A stretch of DNA of 61,047 nt, filler included, from Jimgerdemannia flammicorona (Eukaryota): the NCBI GenBank assembly GCA_003990765.1. It is 2 parts of 2 records of this genome, joined end to end, with 100 filler letters (N's around TTAATTAATTAA, not from the genome) between each part and the next. Parts side by side here need not be neighbours in the genome. Positions count along the whole stretch, not along the records: positions 1 to 30,479 come from RBNJ01000442.1; 1 more part is not named here. One strand, written 5' to 3'. Below, piece by piece: positions 13,891 through 26,340 of the stretch; the stretch's first letter is position 1; every line of letters starts with the position of its first letter. The notes below the pieces were generated by a model, which worked only from the letters and a program-made list of their open reading frames with translations, did no database searches and had not been told where the DNA came from. A program made the translations under genes and the position numbers.

Positions 13891-15302
13891 TATATATACT
13901 TTAGTATTTTTTATTTTATAATAAATATCAAAGAATAATTATAGCTTTAGTCACTTAGTTATAACAGTGACCAGATACTTGTTTTAACTTAACTACTCCA
14001 AATAGGCTTGGACTGCTTTTCAGGTGGTTTGGATAGCTTGATTTGGTGGCAAACCAAATCCGAATTTCTCTATACTGACTGATTTCCTTGTTATAGAAAG
14101 AGGCAGTGTGAAATTTCCAAGAAATAGAGCTATCCTCTAGAAAATTATCCTGATCTCTGTTTTTTAAAATATCTCTTGGTTGTGGAGATATTTGAACTTG
14201 AAGTTTTGATCTGAGTTTTGGGAGAACTTGAATAATTTATCAATAGATTGAGGAATGGTCTTCAGCTTTGGATAGATTGTAGCTGAGGTCTCTGGAGATT
14301 TTTGGGATGTATTTGCTCTCGGGGATTCTCGGTGGTTCTCCAGATATAGGCTAGTTTCTCACAGTATCATATTTTGAGGTATCTCCTTGACGTTTTGGTA
14401 TATATCTCCACAGTAAGGAGTCATAATCTCATTAATCTTGGTGAGAATGTTTTCAAGGGTCTTGGCAAGCTCTGTTCAAAAGGGGAGATCTATAGGATTC
14501 GAACTGAGCTCGAACAATTCGATCAAAGTGTGGGAACCGGTCTTTGGTTTTGACTTATTTTACTGAGATACCGAATTTGGGTCAATTGGGACTCTCAGTA
14601 AAATCAAGTCAAAACCAAAGACCAGTTCTCACACTTTGCTCAAATCATTCGAGCTCAGTTCGAATCCCATGGATCTCCCCTTTTAGACAGAGCTTGCCAA
14701 GAACCTTGAAAACATTCTCACTGAGAATAATAAGATTACAACCCCTCACTGTGGAGATATACACCAAAATTTCAAGAAGATATCTCAAAATATGATACCA
14801 TGAGAAACTAGCCCATATCTGGAGAACCACCAAGGATCCCCGAGAGCAAACACAACCCAAAAATCTCCAGAGACCTCAGCTACAATCTATCCAAAGCTGA
14901 AGACTATTCCTCAATCCATTGACAAGTTATTCAAGTTCTTCCAAAACTCAGATCAAACTTCAAGTCCAAATATCTCCACAACCAAGAGATATTTTAAGAA
15001 ACAGAGATCAGGATAATTTTCTAGTAATTTGAGGCAATCTCTATGCCAAGTTTCAAAAGGATAGCTCTATTTCTTAGAAATTTCATACTGCCTCTTTCTA
15101 TAATAAGGAAATCAGTCAGTATAGAGAAATCTGGATTTGGTTTGCCACCAAATCAAGCTGTCCAAGCCACCCGAAAAGCAGCCAAGCCTATCTGGAGTGG
15201 TTAAGTTAAAACAAGTATCTGGTTACTTTTATAACTAAGTGACTAAAGTTATAATTATCCTTTGATATTTATTATAAAATAAAAAATACTAAAATATATA
15301 TA
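13891..15302. repeat. Long hairpin/foldback insert (~680-710-bp arms, 24-bp loop 14569-14592)
   Basis: 13891-14568 is the reverse complement of 14593-15302 except a ~33-bp indel near 15025-15057; TA-rich ends; MITE-like. Confidence 0.9.
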
Positions 15303-15874
15303 ATTAATTTTATTATTATTTATATAGAATTACATTTACCTATAGTTTCTTTTTTAAATCTAATTATTGTATCAAAAAGTTTTTGTTTTTTTTTTGATAT
15401 CTTATAACTTTTTAGATGATGTTTTTGTTTAGCTAATTTTGTCATTTTTATACTAAAAATAATGTAAAGTTTAAGTGAGGCATTAGAAGGTGAGGTGTAC
15501 TAAAATGGGTGTCAGAAAAGAGCATCAGTGTGAGCTGAAATGAGTGACAAGCGATAAGGCTTTGGAATGAGTGACGAGTGATAAGGCTTTGGAATGAGCG
15601 ATGAGGCTTTGAAATGAGTGATGAGCCACAAGGCAAGGCTCCCCTTCCCTCTCCAGCAAAAGAAATTCTGAACCTAGAGCAAGGAAGCTGTCATATGTGG
15701 GGCATTGGAAGGCAAGGTGTACTAAAATGGGTGTTGGAAAATAGCATTGATATGAGCTGAAATGAGGGATGAGTGATGAGGCTTTGGAATGAGCAATAAG
15801 TGACGAGAGGAAAATGAGTAGTGGAAAAAGAGCATCAGAGTAATTAGTAAACTCTGGAAGTCACATATATATAT

Positions 15875-18800
15875 ATATGTGGCGAAATTTTTCAAAAGGT
15901 ACCTTATGGTGATTTATTTATGTATTCATCATTGATGGTTCTGCCTCCATCGATGGTTCTGCCTCCATTGACTTCATTGATGGTTCTGCCTCCATCAACT
16001 CCATCATCAATGGTTCTACCTCCATCGTTAATGGTTCTGTCCATTGACAGTTCTGCCTCCATCAATGGTTCTGCCTCCATTGATGGTTTTGCCTCCATCG
16101 ATGGCCCTGCCTCCATCGACAGTTCTGCCTTCATCAACGGTTCTGCCTCCATCGACTCCATCGACAGTTCTGCCCCCATAGCCTCCATCAACTGTTCTGC
16201 CTCCATCATCAGCGGTTCTGCTTCCATTGACTCCATCATCCATCATTGATGATTCTGCCTCCATCAACAGTTCTGCCTCCATTGATGGTTTGACTCCATT
16301 GACAGTTCTGCCCCCATAGCCTCCATCGACTATTCTGCCTCTATCGTCAATAGTTCTGCCTCCATTAACTCCATTGACAGTTCTGCCTCCATTGATGGTT
16401 CTGCCTTCATTGACTCTATTGACAGTTCTGCCCTCATAGCCTCCATTGACTGTTCTGCCTCTATCATCAATGGTTCAGCATTTGTTGACTCTATCATCCA
16501 TCGTTGACGGTTCTGCCTCCATCAACGGTTCTGCCTCCATTAACTCCATCGTCAAGAGTTCTGCCTCTATCATCGATGGTTCTGTCCATTGACAGTTCTG
16601 TCTCTATTGATGGTTCTACCTCCATCGATGGTTCTGCCTCCATCAATGGTTCTGCCTCCATCGACTGTTCTGCCTCCATTGCCAGCAGTTCTGCCTCTAT
16701 TGACTCCATTGTCAACAGTTCTGCCTCCATCAATGATCCATTGATGGTTCGACTCCATTGACAGTTCTGCCTCCATAGCCTCCATCAACTGTTCTGCCTC
16801 CATCATCAACAGTTCTGCCTCCATTGACTCCATCGACAGTTCTGCCTCCATCAATGGTTCTGCCTCTATTGATGGTTCAGCCTCCATCAACTCCATCGAC
16901 AGTTCTGCCCCCATAGCCTCCATCAACTGTTCTGCCCCCATAGCCTCCATCAACTGTTCTGCCCCCATAGCCTCCATCAACTGTTCTGTCTCCATCGACT
17001 GTTCTGCCCCCATAGCCTCCATCAACTGTTCTGTCTCCATCGACTGTTCTGCCTCCATCATCAACAGTTCTGCCTCCATTGACTCTATCATCTATCGTCG
17101 ATAGTTCTGCCTCCATTGACAGTTCTACCTCCATCGACTCCATTGTTAACAGTTCTGCCTCCATCATTAATGGTTCTGTCCATTGACAGTTCTGTCTCCA
17201 TCAATGGTTCTACCTCCATCGATGGTTCTGCCTCTATCGATGGCTCTGCCTCCATTGACGGTTCTGCCTCCATCGACTGTTCTGCCTCCATTGTCAGTAG
17301 TTCTGCCTCCATTGATTCCATTGTCCATCATCGACAGTTCTGCCTCCATCGATGGTTCTGCCTCTATTGATGGTTCTGCCTCCATTGACTCCATCGACAG
17401 TTCTGCCCCCATAGTCTCCATCAACTGTTCTGCCTCCATCATCAACAGTTCTGCCTCCATAGACTCCATCATCTATCATCGACGGTTCTGCCTCCATCGA
17501 TGGTTCTGCCTCCATCAACAGTTCTGCCTCCATCGACACCTCCATCAACAGTTCTGCCTCCATCGACGGTTCTGCCTCCATCAACTTCATCGATGGTTCT
17601 GCCTCCATCATTGGTTCTGCCTCCATCGATGGTTCTGCCTCCATCGATGGTTCTGCCTCCATCGATGGTTCTGCCTCCATTGATGGTTCTGCCTCCATCG
17701 ACAGTTCTGCCTCCATTAACTTCATCAATGGTTCTGCCTCCATTGACTTTATCAACAGTTCTGCCTCCATCAACTCCATCATCGATAGTTCTGCCTCCAT
17801 CATCGACAGTTCTATCCATTGACAGTTCTGCCTCCATTGACGGTTCTGCCTCCATTGATGGTTCTGCCTCCATTGACAGTTCTGCCTCCATCAACTTCAT
17901 TGATGGTTCTGCCTCCATCAACTCCATTGTTGATGGTTCTGCCTCCATCATCGATGGTTCTGTCCATTGACAGTTCTGCCTCCATCGATGGTTCTGCCTC
18001 CATCAACTTCATCGACAGTTCTGCCTCCATCAATGGTTCTGCCTTCATCAACTTCATCGACAGTTCTGCCTCCATTGACTTCATTGACAGTTCTGCCTCC
18101 ATCAACTCCATCATCAATGGTTCTGCCTCTATTGTCAACAGTTCTGTCCATTGACAGTTCTGCCTCCATCAACAGTTCTGCCTCCATTGGCAGTTCTGCC
18201 TCCATCGACAGCTCTGCCTCCATCGACAGTTCTGCCTCCATCGATAGTTCTGCCTCCATCGACTCTATCAACAGTTCTGCCCCCATAGTCTCCATCAACT
18301 GTGCTGCCTCTATCGTCAGCAGTTCTGCTTCCATTGACTTCATTGTCCATCATTGACGATTCTGCCTCTATCAATGGTTCTGCCTCCATCTACTCCATCG
18401 TCCCTCCATCAACTCTATCGACAGTTCTGCCCCCATAGCCTCCATCAACTGTTCTGCCCCCATAGCCTCCATTGACTGTTCTGCTTCCATAGCCTCTATT
18501 GACTGTTCTGTCTCCATCATCAATAGTTCTGCCTCTATTGACTCCATTGTCCATCATTGACAGTTCTGCCTCCATTGATGGTTCTGCCTCCATCAACTCC
18601 ATCGTCAACAGGTCTGCCTCTATCGACTCCATCGACAGTTCTGCCTCCATAGCCTCCATTGACTGTTCTGCCCCCAAAGCCTCCATTGACTGTTCTGCCT
18701 CCATCGTCAATGGTTCTGCCTCTATTGACTCCATTGTCCATCATTGACAGTTCTGCCTCCATCGATGCTTCTGCCTCCATTGATGGTTCTGCCTCCATCA

Positions 18801-20888
18801 ACGGTTCTGCCTCCATTGATGGTTCTGCCTCCATCGACTGTTCTGCCCCCATAGCCTCCATTGACTGTTCTGCCCCCATAGTCTCCATCAACTGTTCTGT
18901 CTTCATTATCAATGGTTCTGCCTCCATTGACTCCATCATCCATCATCGACAGTTCTGCCTCCATTGACTTCATTGTTGATGGCTCTGCCTCCAATGAGGG
19001 TTCTGCCTCTATCAATAGTTCTGCCTCCATCGACAGTTCTGCCTCCATCGACTCCATCGTCAACAATTTTGCCTCCATCAACAGTTCTGTCTCCATCAAC
19101 TCCATCATCGATGATTCTGCCTACATCAATAGTTCTGCCTCCATCAATGGTTCTGCCTCCATCGATGGTTCTGTCTCTATCAACAGTTCTGCCTCTATCA
19201 ATGGTTCTGTCTCGCAGAGAAGGTCAGCAAGAGTATGGAACTTGAGTGACTTGGCTTAATTTTAAAGCTAAATATTATTGTGATAATTGATATTATAAAC
19301 AATAATAAAAAAAACTCTCTATTTGATTAAACTCAATGATATTTTATATCAAGTTATGATTTTTTTTTTTTTATATTAAGTACAATATAAAGTTATAATC
19401 AAAAGGTTGTATAAGTACTATGCACTATATAAGCTGGCATCTTCTCTATATATTTTGATAGTATTTATAGCTTAGCTCAGATAGTTATAATTGTCAGGTA
19501 AATTTAGCACAATAAAGATAATTGAAATATTATGTATTTTTTTATTTAAAGTTCCTGCATAATTTCTAAATTGATCCCAGATGGCTGGCCAGCTGGCTAG
19601 AGTGGCTCGGTCTTAAATTTACAGCTAACTGACTAAGTGGACTCAGCCTTAAATTTACAGCCAACTGGCCAAGTGGCTCGGTCTTAAATTTATAGCTAAC
19701 TGACCAAGTGGCTCAGCCTTAAATTTAGCCTGGCCAGCTAGCCAATCTATAAATTTAAGGCCGAGCCACTCTAGCTTGGCCTTAAATTTTCAGTCAACTG
19801 GTCAAGTGACAATTATGAACCTTATAATTAAACTCATCAATAGACTCAACTGTTAATAACTCTATGAATATGCATCCGAATTAGATGTACTATAGCTTAT
19901 TGGATTCAACTTTAGTATGAGAATCTAGCACAACAAAGATAAATATATTTGGAAATATATTCACAAATATATTAATGTTTATGTGAAATGCCTATTTCAC
20001 AGATTTGCAGAGCTCTACTATAATCTGAAAATTAAGCTCGATCACCTGGCCAGCCATCTAGGATCCCTAGATATATATATATATTATAACTTGTTACAAT
20101 TTCAGCCTTAAATTAAGTACTTTCACAAAGCCAAATTAATCAAAAAGGCTACTCATGAGCCTAGGATTGTGTGCCTCAGATAGAGTAAAAATTATATGCC
20201 CCTTTACAATTTAATAGCTCAATGAAAACATAGCAAAATTTAACATATTTAAGCATTTCAGATTCACAATGTCAGGTGAATCCAGAGCAACAAAGATAAT
20301 TGAAATATTATGTATTTTCATTATGCAGTTGACATTTAAAGTCTCTGTATAATTTCTAAAGTAAGCCCAGATGGCTGGCCAGCTGGCTAGGGTGGCTTAG
20401 CCTTCAATTGCCAAGTAGTTTAGTCTTAAATTTACAGCCAACTAGCCAAGTGGTTCGGTCTTAAATTTACAGCCAATTGGCCAAGTGACTTGGCTTTAAA
20501 TTTACAAATTTAGCCTAACCAACTAGTCAATTCATAAATTTAAGGCCGAGCCACCCTGGCTTGGCCTTAAATTTTCAGCTAACTGATTGAGTGGTATTTA
20601 TAAAAATATTAATAACTCTATGAATATGCATCTGAATTGAATGTACTATAGCTTGTTGGATTTGCCTTTAGTATAAAAATCTAGTACAACAAAGATAAAT
20701 AGATTTGGAAATATATTTGCAAATTTATTGATATTTATGTAAAATGTCTATTTTACAGGTTTGCAAAGCTCTACTATAACCTGAAAATTAAGCTCAGCCA
20801 TCTGGCCAGCCAGTGGCCAGCCATGGTCAGCCATGGCTCTAGCTAGCCACAGCTGGTCAGAGTGGCTTAGTCATAGCTGAGATCCCTA
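15875..20888 (-). repeat. Right long inverted arm (~5.0 kb)
   Basis: Reverse complement of 3342-8640, starting GGCGAAATTTTTCAAAAGGTACCTTATGGTG. Confidence 0.92.
15925..19213 (-). repeat. Minisatellite array, inverted counterpart of 5349-8590
   Basis: Units ...GTTCTGCCTCCATC; same unique flanks mirrored. Confidence 0.95.
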
Positions 20889-20896
20889 ATTATTAA

Positions 20897-22484
20897 AGAG
20901 CTATCAGTAGAAGATAATAATGATGACTTTCTGAAATATTGAAGAATAAATATAATAAAGAAAAAAGCCTCTAGAAACTACTCAAAGACTATGAAGATGT
21001 CTTTCAAGAACTTTAAGAACTACTATCTACTCAAGTAGTAGAATATAGCATTAAAACTACTCTAAGAGTAGATCCTATCTACTATAAAATCTATTGACTA
21101 GCTTAGTATGAGCTGGAAAATCTCAAGAAATAGCTAGCAGATCTATCAAATAAAGGCCTCATGTGTCTATCAAAATTACTATATAGTATACTAATTCTTT
21201 TATCTATAAGAAAGATAGAAGCCTCTATATATATTAATTACTAAGTACTTAATTAGATATCTGTTAAGAACTGATATATACTCTCATAAATTAATAAACT
21301 ACTTAATGAAGTATATGTATAATGTCAAGATCTTTTCATTTATTGATCTTATATTTAGATATTATGAATTCTGTGTAATACTTTTCAGACTCACTAATAT
21401 ACCAATAATCTTCTAGATACTGATGAATTATATATTTTGAAAATATCTTTGAGTATTTATACTAATATATTTAGATGATATCCTAATATATAGCACAAGT
21501 AGTACTGTTTACCAATAATATCTACAGATAGTTTTTGATATACTCCAAGAATATAAGCTCTCAGAAAAAAAAAAAAAAGTACTATTTTTTCAAGAAGGAA
21601 ATCAAATATCTGTAATATATTATCTTAGTAAATAGTATTACTGTCAACTCCAAAAAGACTGAAGCAATCTATAACTAGCCCATTCTGAAGACTCTTAAGT
21701 CTTTACAAGGATTCAATAAATTAGCTAGATACTACTAAAGATTTATTTAAGAATTCTCAATAATTGTCTCTTTACTTATAAGTCTTTGCAAGTAGAGAAC
21801 TAATATCAAAAAAGAATAGACAGAAAAATACACCACAGCAATAAATATCCTCAAGAGAATTCTGACTAATGTGCCAATCCTGATCAGCTCAGACTCTATA
21901 GGACTCTTCATTATTACTACAGATATTTCAAATATTATAATTAGAGCTGTATTGAGTCAGTATAAATACCCAGTCATATACCTGTCCCAGAAGCTGAATG
22001 AGCATAAAAAGAACTATACAATACAAGATAAGAAACTTCTTACTATTATCTAATCTCTGCAATCATAAAGATATTTCCTTCTCAGTAAGAAATTTACCTT
22101 ATAGACAGACTATTAAGATTCAGATATAATTAATTTTTATGAAGAGACAAGCACAATGAATGTAGATCCTTATATCCTTTAATATTGAAATCAAGTACAT
22201 TACTGATATCAAAAATAAAGTAGCTAATATACTTTCCTGAAGTATTCTGAAGAATAATTTTGTAGTAATTAATATCACTATTAGTCTATATATTTAAAGA
22301 AGTCAAAAAGAAGTATCCAAGGATACTAATGTATAAAAAATTTAAGCAATATAATGAAGAAAGTAAACAAGAATATTTCTATTCAAAATAGATATATATA
22401 TCTTAACAATATAAAGATTTAAGTTTCTGATACTCTTATCTATCTATAAATCTTATAAGAATTATATAATATATTTATAGCTAG
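20897..22484 (+). pseudogene. Family A pol: RT, RNase H and start of integrase, degenerate
   Basis: YLDDILIYS ~21468-21495; FIITTDISN..AVLSQ..PVIYLSQKL..NYTIQDKKLL (RNase H). Confidence 0.85.
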
Positions 22485-22763
22485 TATAACAATACCTTTG
22501 AAACTAATGACATCAGAAGTCAGGAGACTGCTCAGACTTTATAAGTCTCTGATTATAAATTATGACTCAACTGTGACTTACCTTCACCAGAAGATGATCT
22601 GTATCTGAACTTATTGTGACTTATAGTGATCTTAGTAGTATACTACTCCAAATCAGATGACTCTACTCTCTGGACCAAAGAAGAAGACTCTTAAGATATA
22701 AAAGAAGTATCAAAAAGGAGTATAATATATTATCCATAAATAAGAAACTTACTACAAAATAAA

Positions 22764-23644
22764 ATGCCCACTATCTGCCAAACAGCAAGATCAAGAAACC
22801 ACCAAGGTCCATCAATCCAATATCAGATATTCTCTGATATCAAAAGAGCTATAAGAATGTATACAAGAAGAACTCTAAGCTTGAATATCTTTATAAGAGA
22901 CTCATACCACTACACCCTCAACTACTATAAAATGGAAATAAGAATCTCTGCTATTACTAAATATCTCTGGATGTGGCAAGAATATGAGTTGGGATATCAT
23001 CTCTGCCAAGACTTCTCACAGACCAGCTCTCAAGAAATTATGGAAGTCATATGTCTGGATAAGTATAAATAGAAGTTGGTCAAGATAGTCTATCAGATCT
23101 TCAGGCACATACTCTGGGTCATTCTTAACTTAGAATACATTAAGGTTTCAGATATCCAAGAACTAATAAGCTACTCTACAGATCATCGTCATAGAAGAAG
23201 TTCAGTCTACTATATATTATAGTTAAGAGTGATGAGGTATAAGACCTTTAGAATCTCATTCTAGAGAATAACCTAGATCAGTTCCTTCAAGATCTGATTG
23301 CATTATTTCAAGGCTCTCCTCTGAGAGTCTGCTACTCTCAGAATTCTACAGATATACTCTATGTTGTGGATGACAACACTATTGGTTGGAGATCTCAAGA
23401 ACTAGAGCAGAGTAAACTATTTATTTCATGAAAAGAAGTTCTTAACAACCTTCTGAAGAAGTATACAAGCCCACTTTCATCATCCACAGAGCCCTTCATT
23501 AACCTCAGCATAACTGTAGAGAATATAGAAAATGATTTGGTCAAACTCTCTGAAGAAAATGAAGAGAAAGATAAAAATGATATAATCTCAATTATATTGA
23601 ATTTCAAGTTATATGAGGATAGCTCTATTAGTCAAATTTGAGTA
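22764..23644 (+). pseudogene. ~300-codon ORF inside the family D LTR (ORF3-family protein)
   Basis: MPTICQTARS...WQEYELGYHL...KLVKIVYQIFR...ILNLEYIKVSDIQEL...acidic EENEEKDKND; collinear with 48263-49175. Confidence 0.7.
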
Positions 23645-24824
23645 AGTTAGTTAGTTGTACAAACAGTGACTACCTAAGAGTATCTCTAATAGTGTTTTAT
23701 TTTCTACTTTATTTTCAAAAATTTAACCAGGGGCAAAAAATAGGTCTACAATAGTTGTTTTATTTTTATTATAGTTTTAGATTTTTTTAACTAGAGCTCC
23801 TAGCTATTTTATTTCAGGGTAGAAATAGTATAGCTGCCCAACTTGGTTTATTTCAGTTCTACTCCCATCCCACCCTCTACTCTATGCACTCTACCCTCTC
23901 TCTCCCTATTGATGTCCTCTTTTACTACATATAATCCCAAAGAGCACATATAAGTATAGTAAAGCCTTCTCCCTTGAGGAGAATTGCCAAGTATGTCACT
24001 TATGGCTGAATATATCTCAAGATGTCATATTTGGCATTAACTAAATAGTATCTATGTTTTAGTTATACATTCACAATAATGCTATATTATATCTAGCAGC
24101 TATTAGTAAGTGTATACTGGAGTCTCTCTATAGCTACTTTGGTGTACTTTTGGAGGTCATCTAGAAGTTTGTCAGTTGTATTGCAGCTGTAAAGTACCTG
24201 TAGATGTCAGGAAAGATGGCAGAGGACTATATAGAGAATGTAGAGAATATATACAAGAAGGAGTATCTGGGTAACAAGTCCTTTAAATACAAAGATACAT
24301 AGATTATTTTGAAGGACTTGCTAAAGTGGTATACCTTCATTTGTCTGCTAACCCCAGTCTGCTCCAAACCTGTCAACATCATATATTACAGCTGCTCTAT
24401 ATCTCTATTCTTGAGGAAGAGGCTGCTGCTAGTGCAGACCAGTCTCCAGATGCTAAGAAAGCAAAGACTGCTAAAAAGTCTGATGAGTAAGTTACAGTGG
24501 CAGTATAGGTCAAGACAACAGCTCTGGTATAGCTTGTAGTAATACAGAAGAATCATTTGCTAGACTAGCTAGTATACATGTAGTGTATGGAGGCTTTTGT
24601 CTACTACTAAGCAGACCTTGACTTCCTAATCTACAGTATAAGTAGTATAGAACCTGAGATCACAGTGATAATACTTGTATATAAGTGCAAATATGGGTGG
24701 CACTGACCTCAGTGGTAGTATGTTTGGTATACAGTTTAGTGGTAGTACTAGAGGTATTAGTCAGAGTACTGCAGAAGTGTCAATTTGTCATAATTTGTAG
24801 ACTCATAAGATGCTATAATCTAAT

Positions 24825-25148
24825 AAAATAACTACATATTGATCTCTCTCAATCTATTTCAATAATGAAATACTATTTCTATTTATCTTAGCCTTATCTC
24901 ATGACTTCTGACCTTTCAATTCCTTAACTCTAATTTTAATAACTACTCATCAGTCTCTCTGGGTCTATGTTAATAATAAAATACTCATCTCTATTTATCT
25001 CAGCCTCATCTCACAGCTTCTGCCTTTTTAATTCCCTAATCCTAACTCTAATAACTACTCATCTATCTCTCTTAGTTCATATCAACAATGAAATACTCAT
25101 CTGAATTTATCTCAGCCTTACCTTACAGCTCCTGGCCTTTCAATTTCC
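24825..25148. repeat. Three tandem ~112-bp repeats within the Harbinger
   Basis: AATAACTAC..TCTCTCT..AATRATRAAATACT..TTTATCTYAGCCT recurs three times. Confidence 0.75.
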
Positions 25149-25199
25149 ACAAATACTCAATTAGTACAACACTATTGGTCTTATTCTTGATACTGTCTC

Positions 25200-26340
25200 T
25201 CTCATGCAAATATACCATATACTGGCTCCTGATAGTCATATAGCACTAGTTTGATATATGTAAACTCTTACATAAACTCATCAGTAATGTCCTTATCTCT
25301 CTAGTCATTAATTATTATATTATATAAAATAATATATACTCACATTATACTCACTATCTTGCTATTGCTCCACAGGTAGCAGGGGTGATAGATGATATAC
25401 CACTATATCTATAATATACTGAATATTTATTTAATATTCTTATATACTACCTCTTGGTACTGGATGAACTACCAGCACTTCTGGTCTTGTGGCTGCAAGA
25501 TGGTCTTTATAAAGATAGCCTAGTCAGAGTAGATACTATCTACAAGATAATATCTGTACTGGTGCTCATGGCCTTATAGGGTCCATTGGCAGCACTAATG
25601 CAGTCTATGGCCAGATTATTCAAGAATTGCAACTGGTCAATAATATTGATATTATTGCAGAAGTCAGGCATACTGAAGAATATATACTATATATACAGAT
25701 TATGTAACATAATGGCCTTCAGGATAATTGTCAGACAGCCTTCCTTGTTCTGGTACTATTTAGTCAGAGTGATAGGGTAGTTCTTTCATCTCTAGTATAT
25801 ATAGTTAATGGAGTCTAGCATATTAGAAAAGTCATATTTTATATTAATCTTAGCTAGTACTCAAAGCCACTCTTGACTGTAAAGCCAATCTATATTGATA
25901 CAAAAGTGGTTGAGAGATATAAGTACTATAGATTCTGAGACTTTATACAACTTGTCTATCAAGTCTACTACAAATCTGTATATAAGCAAGCATATGGCTG
26001 TAGTGTATTTTTGGAGGCCTGAAAAGTTCATATACTTAGTAGCATCAGGCCTTTACTGGAAGTACTCATTATATTGCTCTATATCATTGATAATATAAAG
26101 AAATAGGATCTTAGACATTTAAAACCACTGATGAAAGAGCTCATCACTATAGTATAGCTTCTCAGCAAAGTAGTCTTTGATGAGCTAGGTATAGAATCAC
26201 TTGAGCTTATAGTTGATATTGACTGTATACTCAATACAGGAGTTCCTATACTGTATTAGTACTATTTTGTCATTATTAGATAACTTAGTAGCAGTGATAA
26301 TGATCTGCTTATTCTTGGTATTATTATTGATATATTGATC
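25200..26340 (-). pseudogene. PIF/Harbinger DDE transposase, degenerate
   Basis: LIKDYF..Y.DELF; FSGLQK.TTAI.LL; MLDSINY..W KN.P (GSIDC.HW.WKNCP); KEG.LTIILKAI; NNINI (NDIN); YYLVDSIY (YYL.DGIY). Confidence 0.85.

Larger units (their letters stand above)
3342..20888 (+). mobile_element. Giant foldback-like hAT DNA transposon (17,547 bp)
   Basis: Termini TAGGGATCCCAG...CTGAGATCCCTA; exact 8-bp TSD ATTATTAA at 3334-3341 and 20889-20896; internal hAT transposase; flanks rejoin as one Ty3 pol. Confidence 0.92.

Noticed and set aside
15490..15840. Local ~220-bp duplication with GAATGAG/GGCTTTG short repeats
   Set aside because: Small degenerate duplication with no further supportable structure
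5349..19213. CRISPR-like or telomeric interpretation of the arrays
   Set aside because: No unique spacers or cas genes; arrays are internal to TSD-bounded transposon arms
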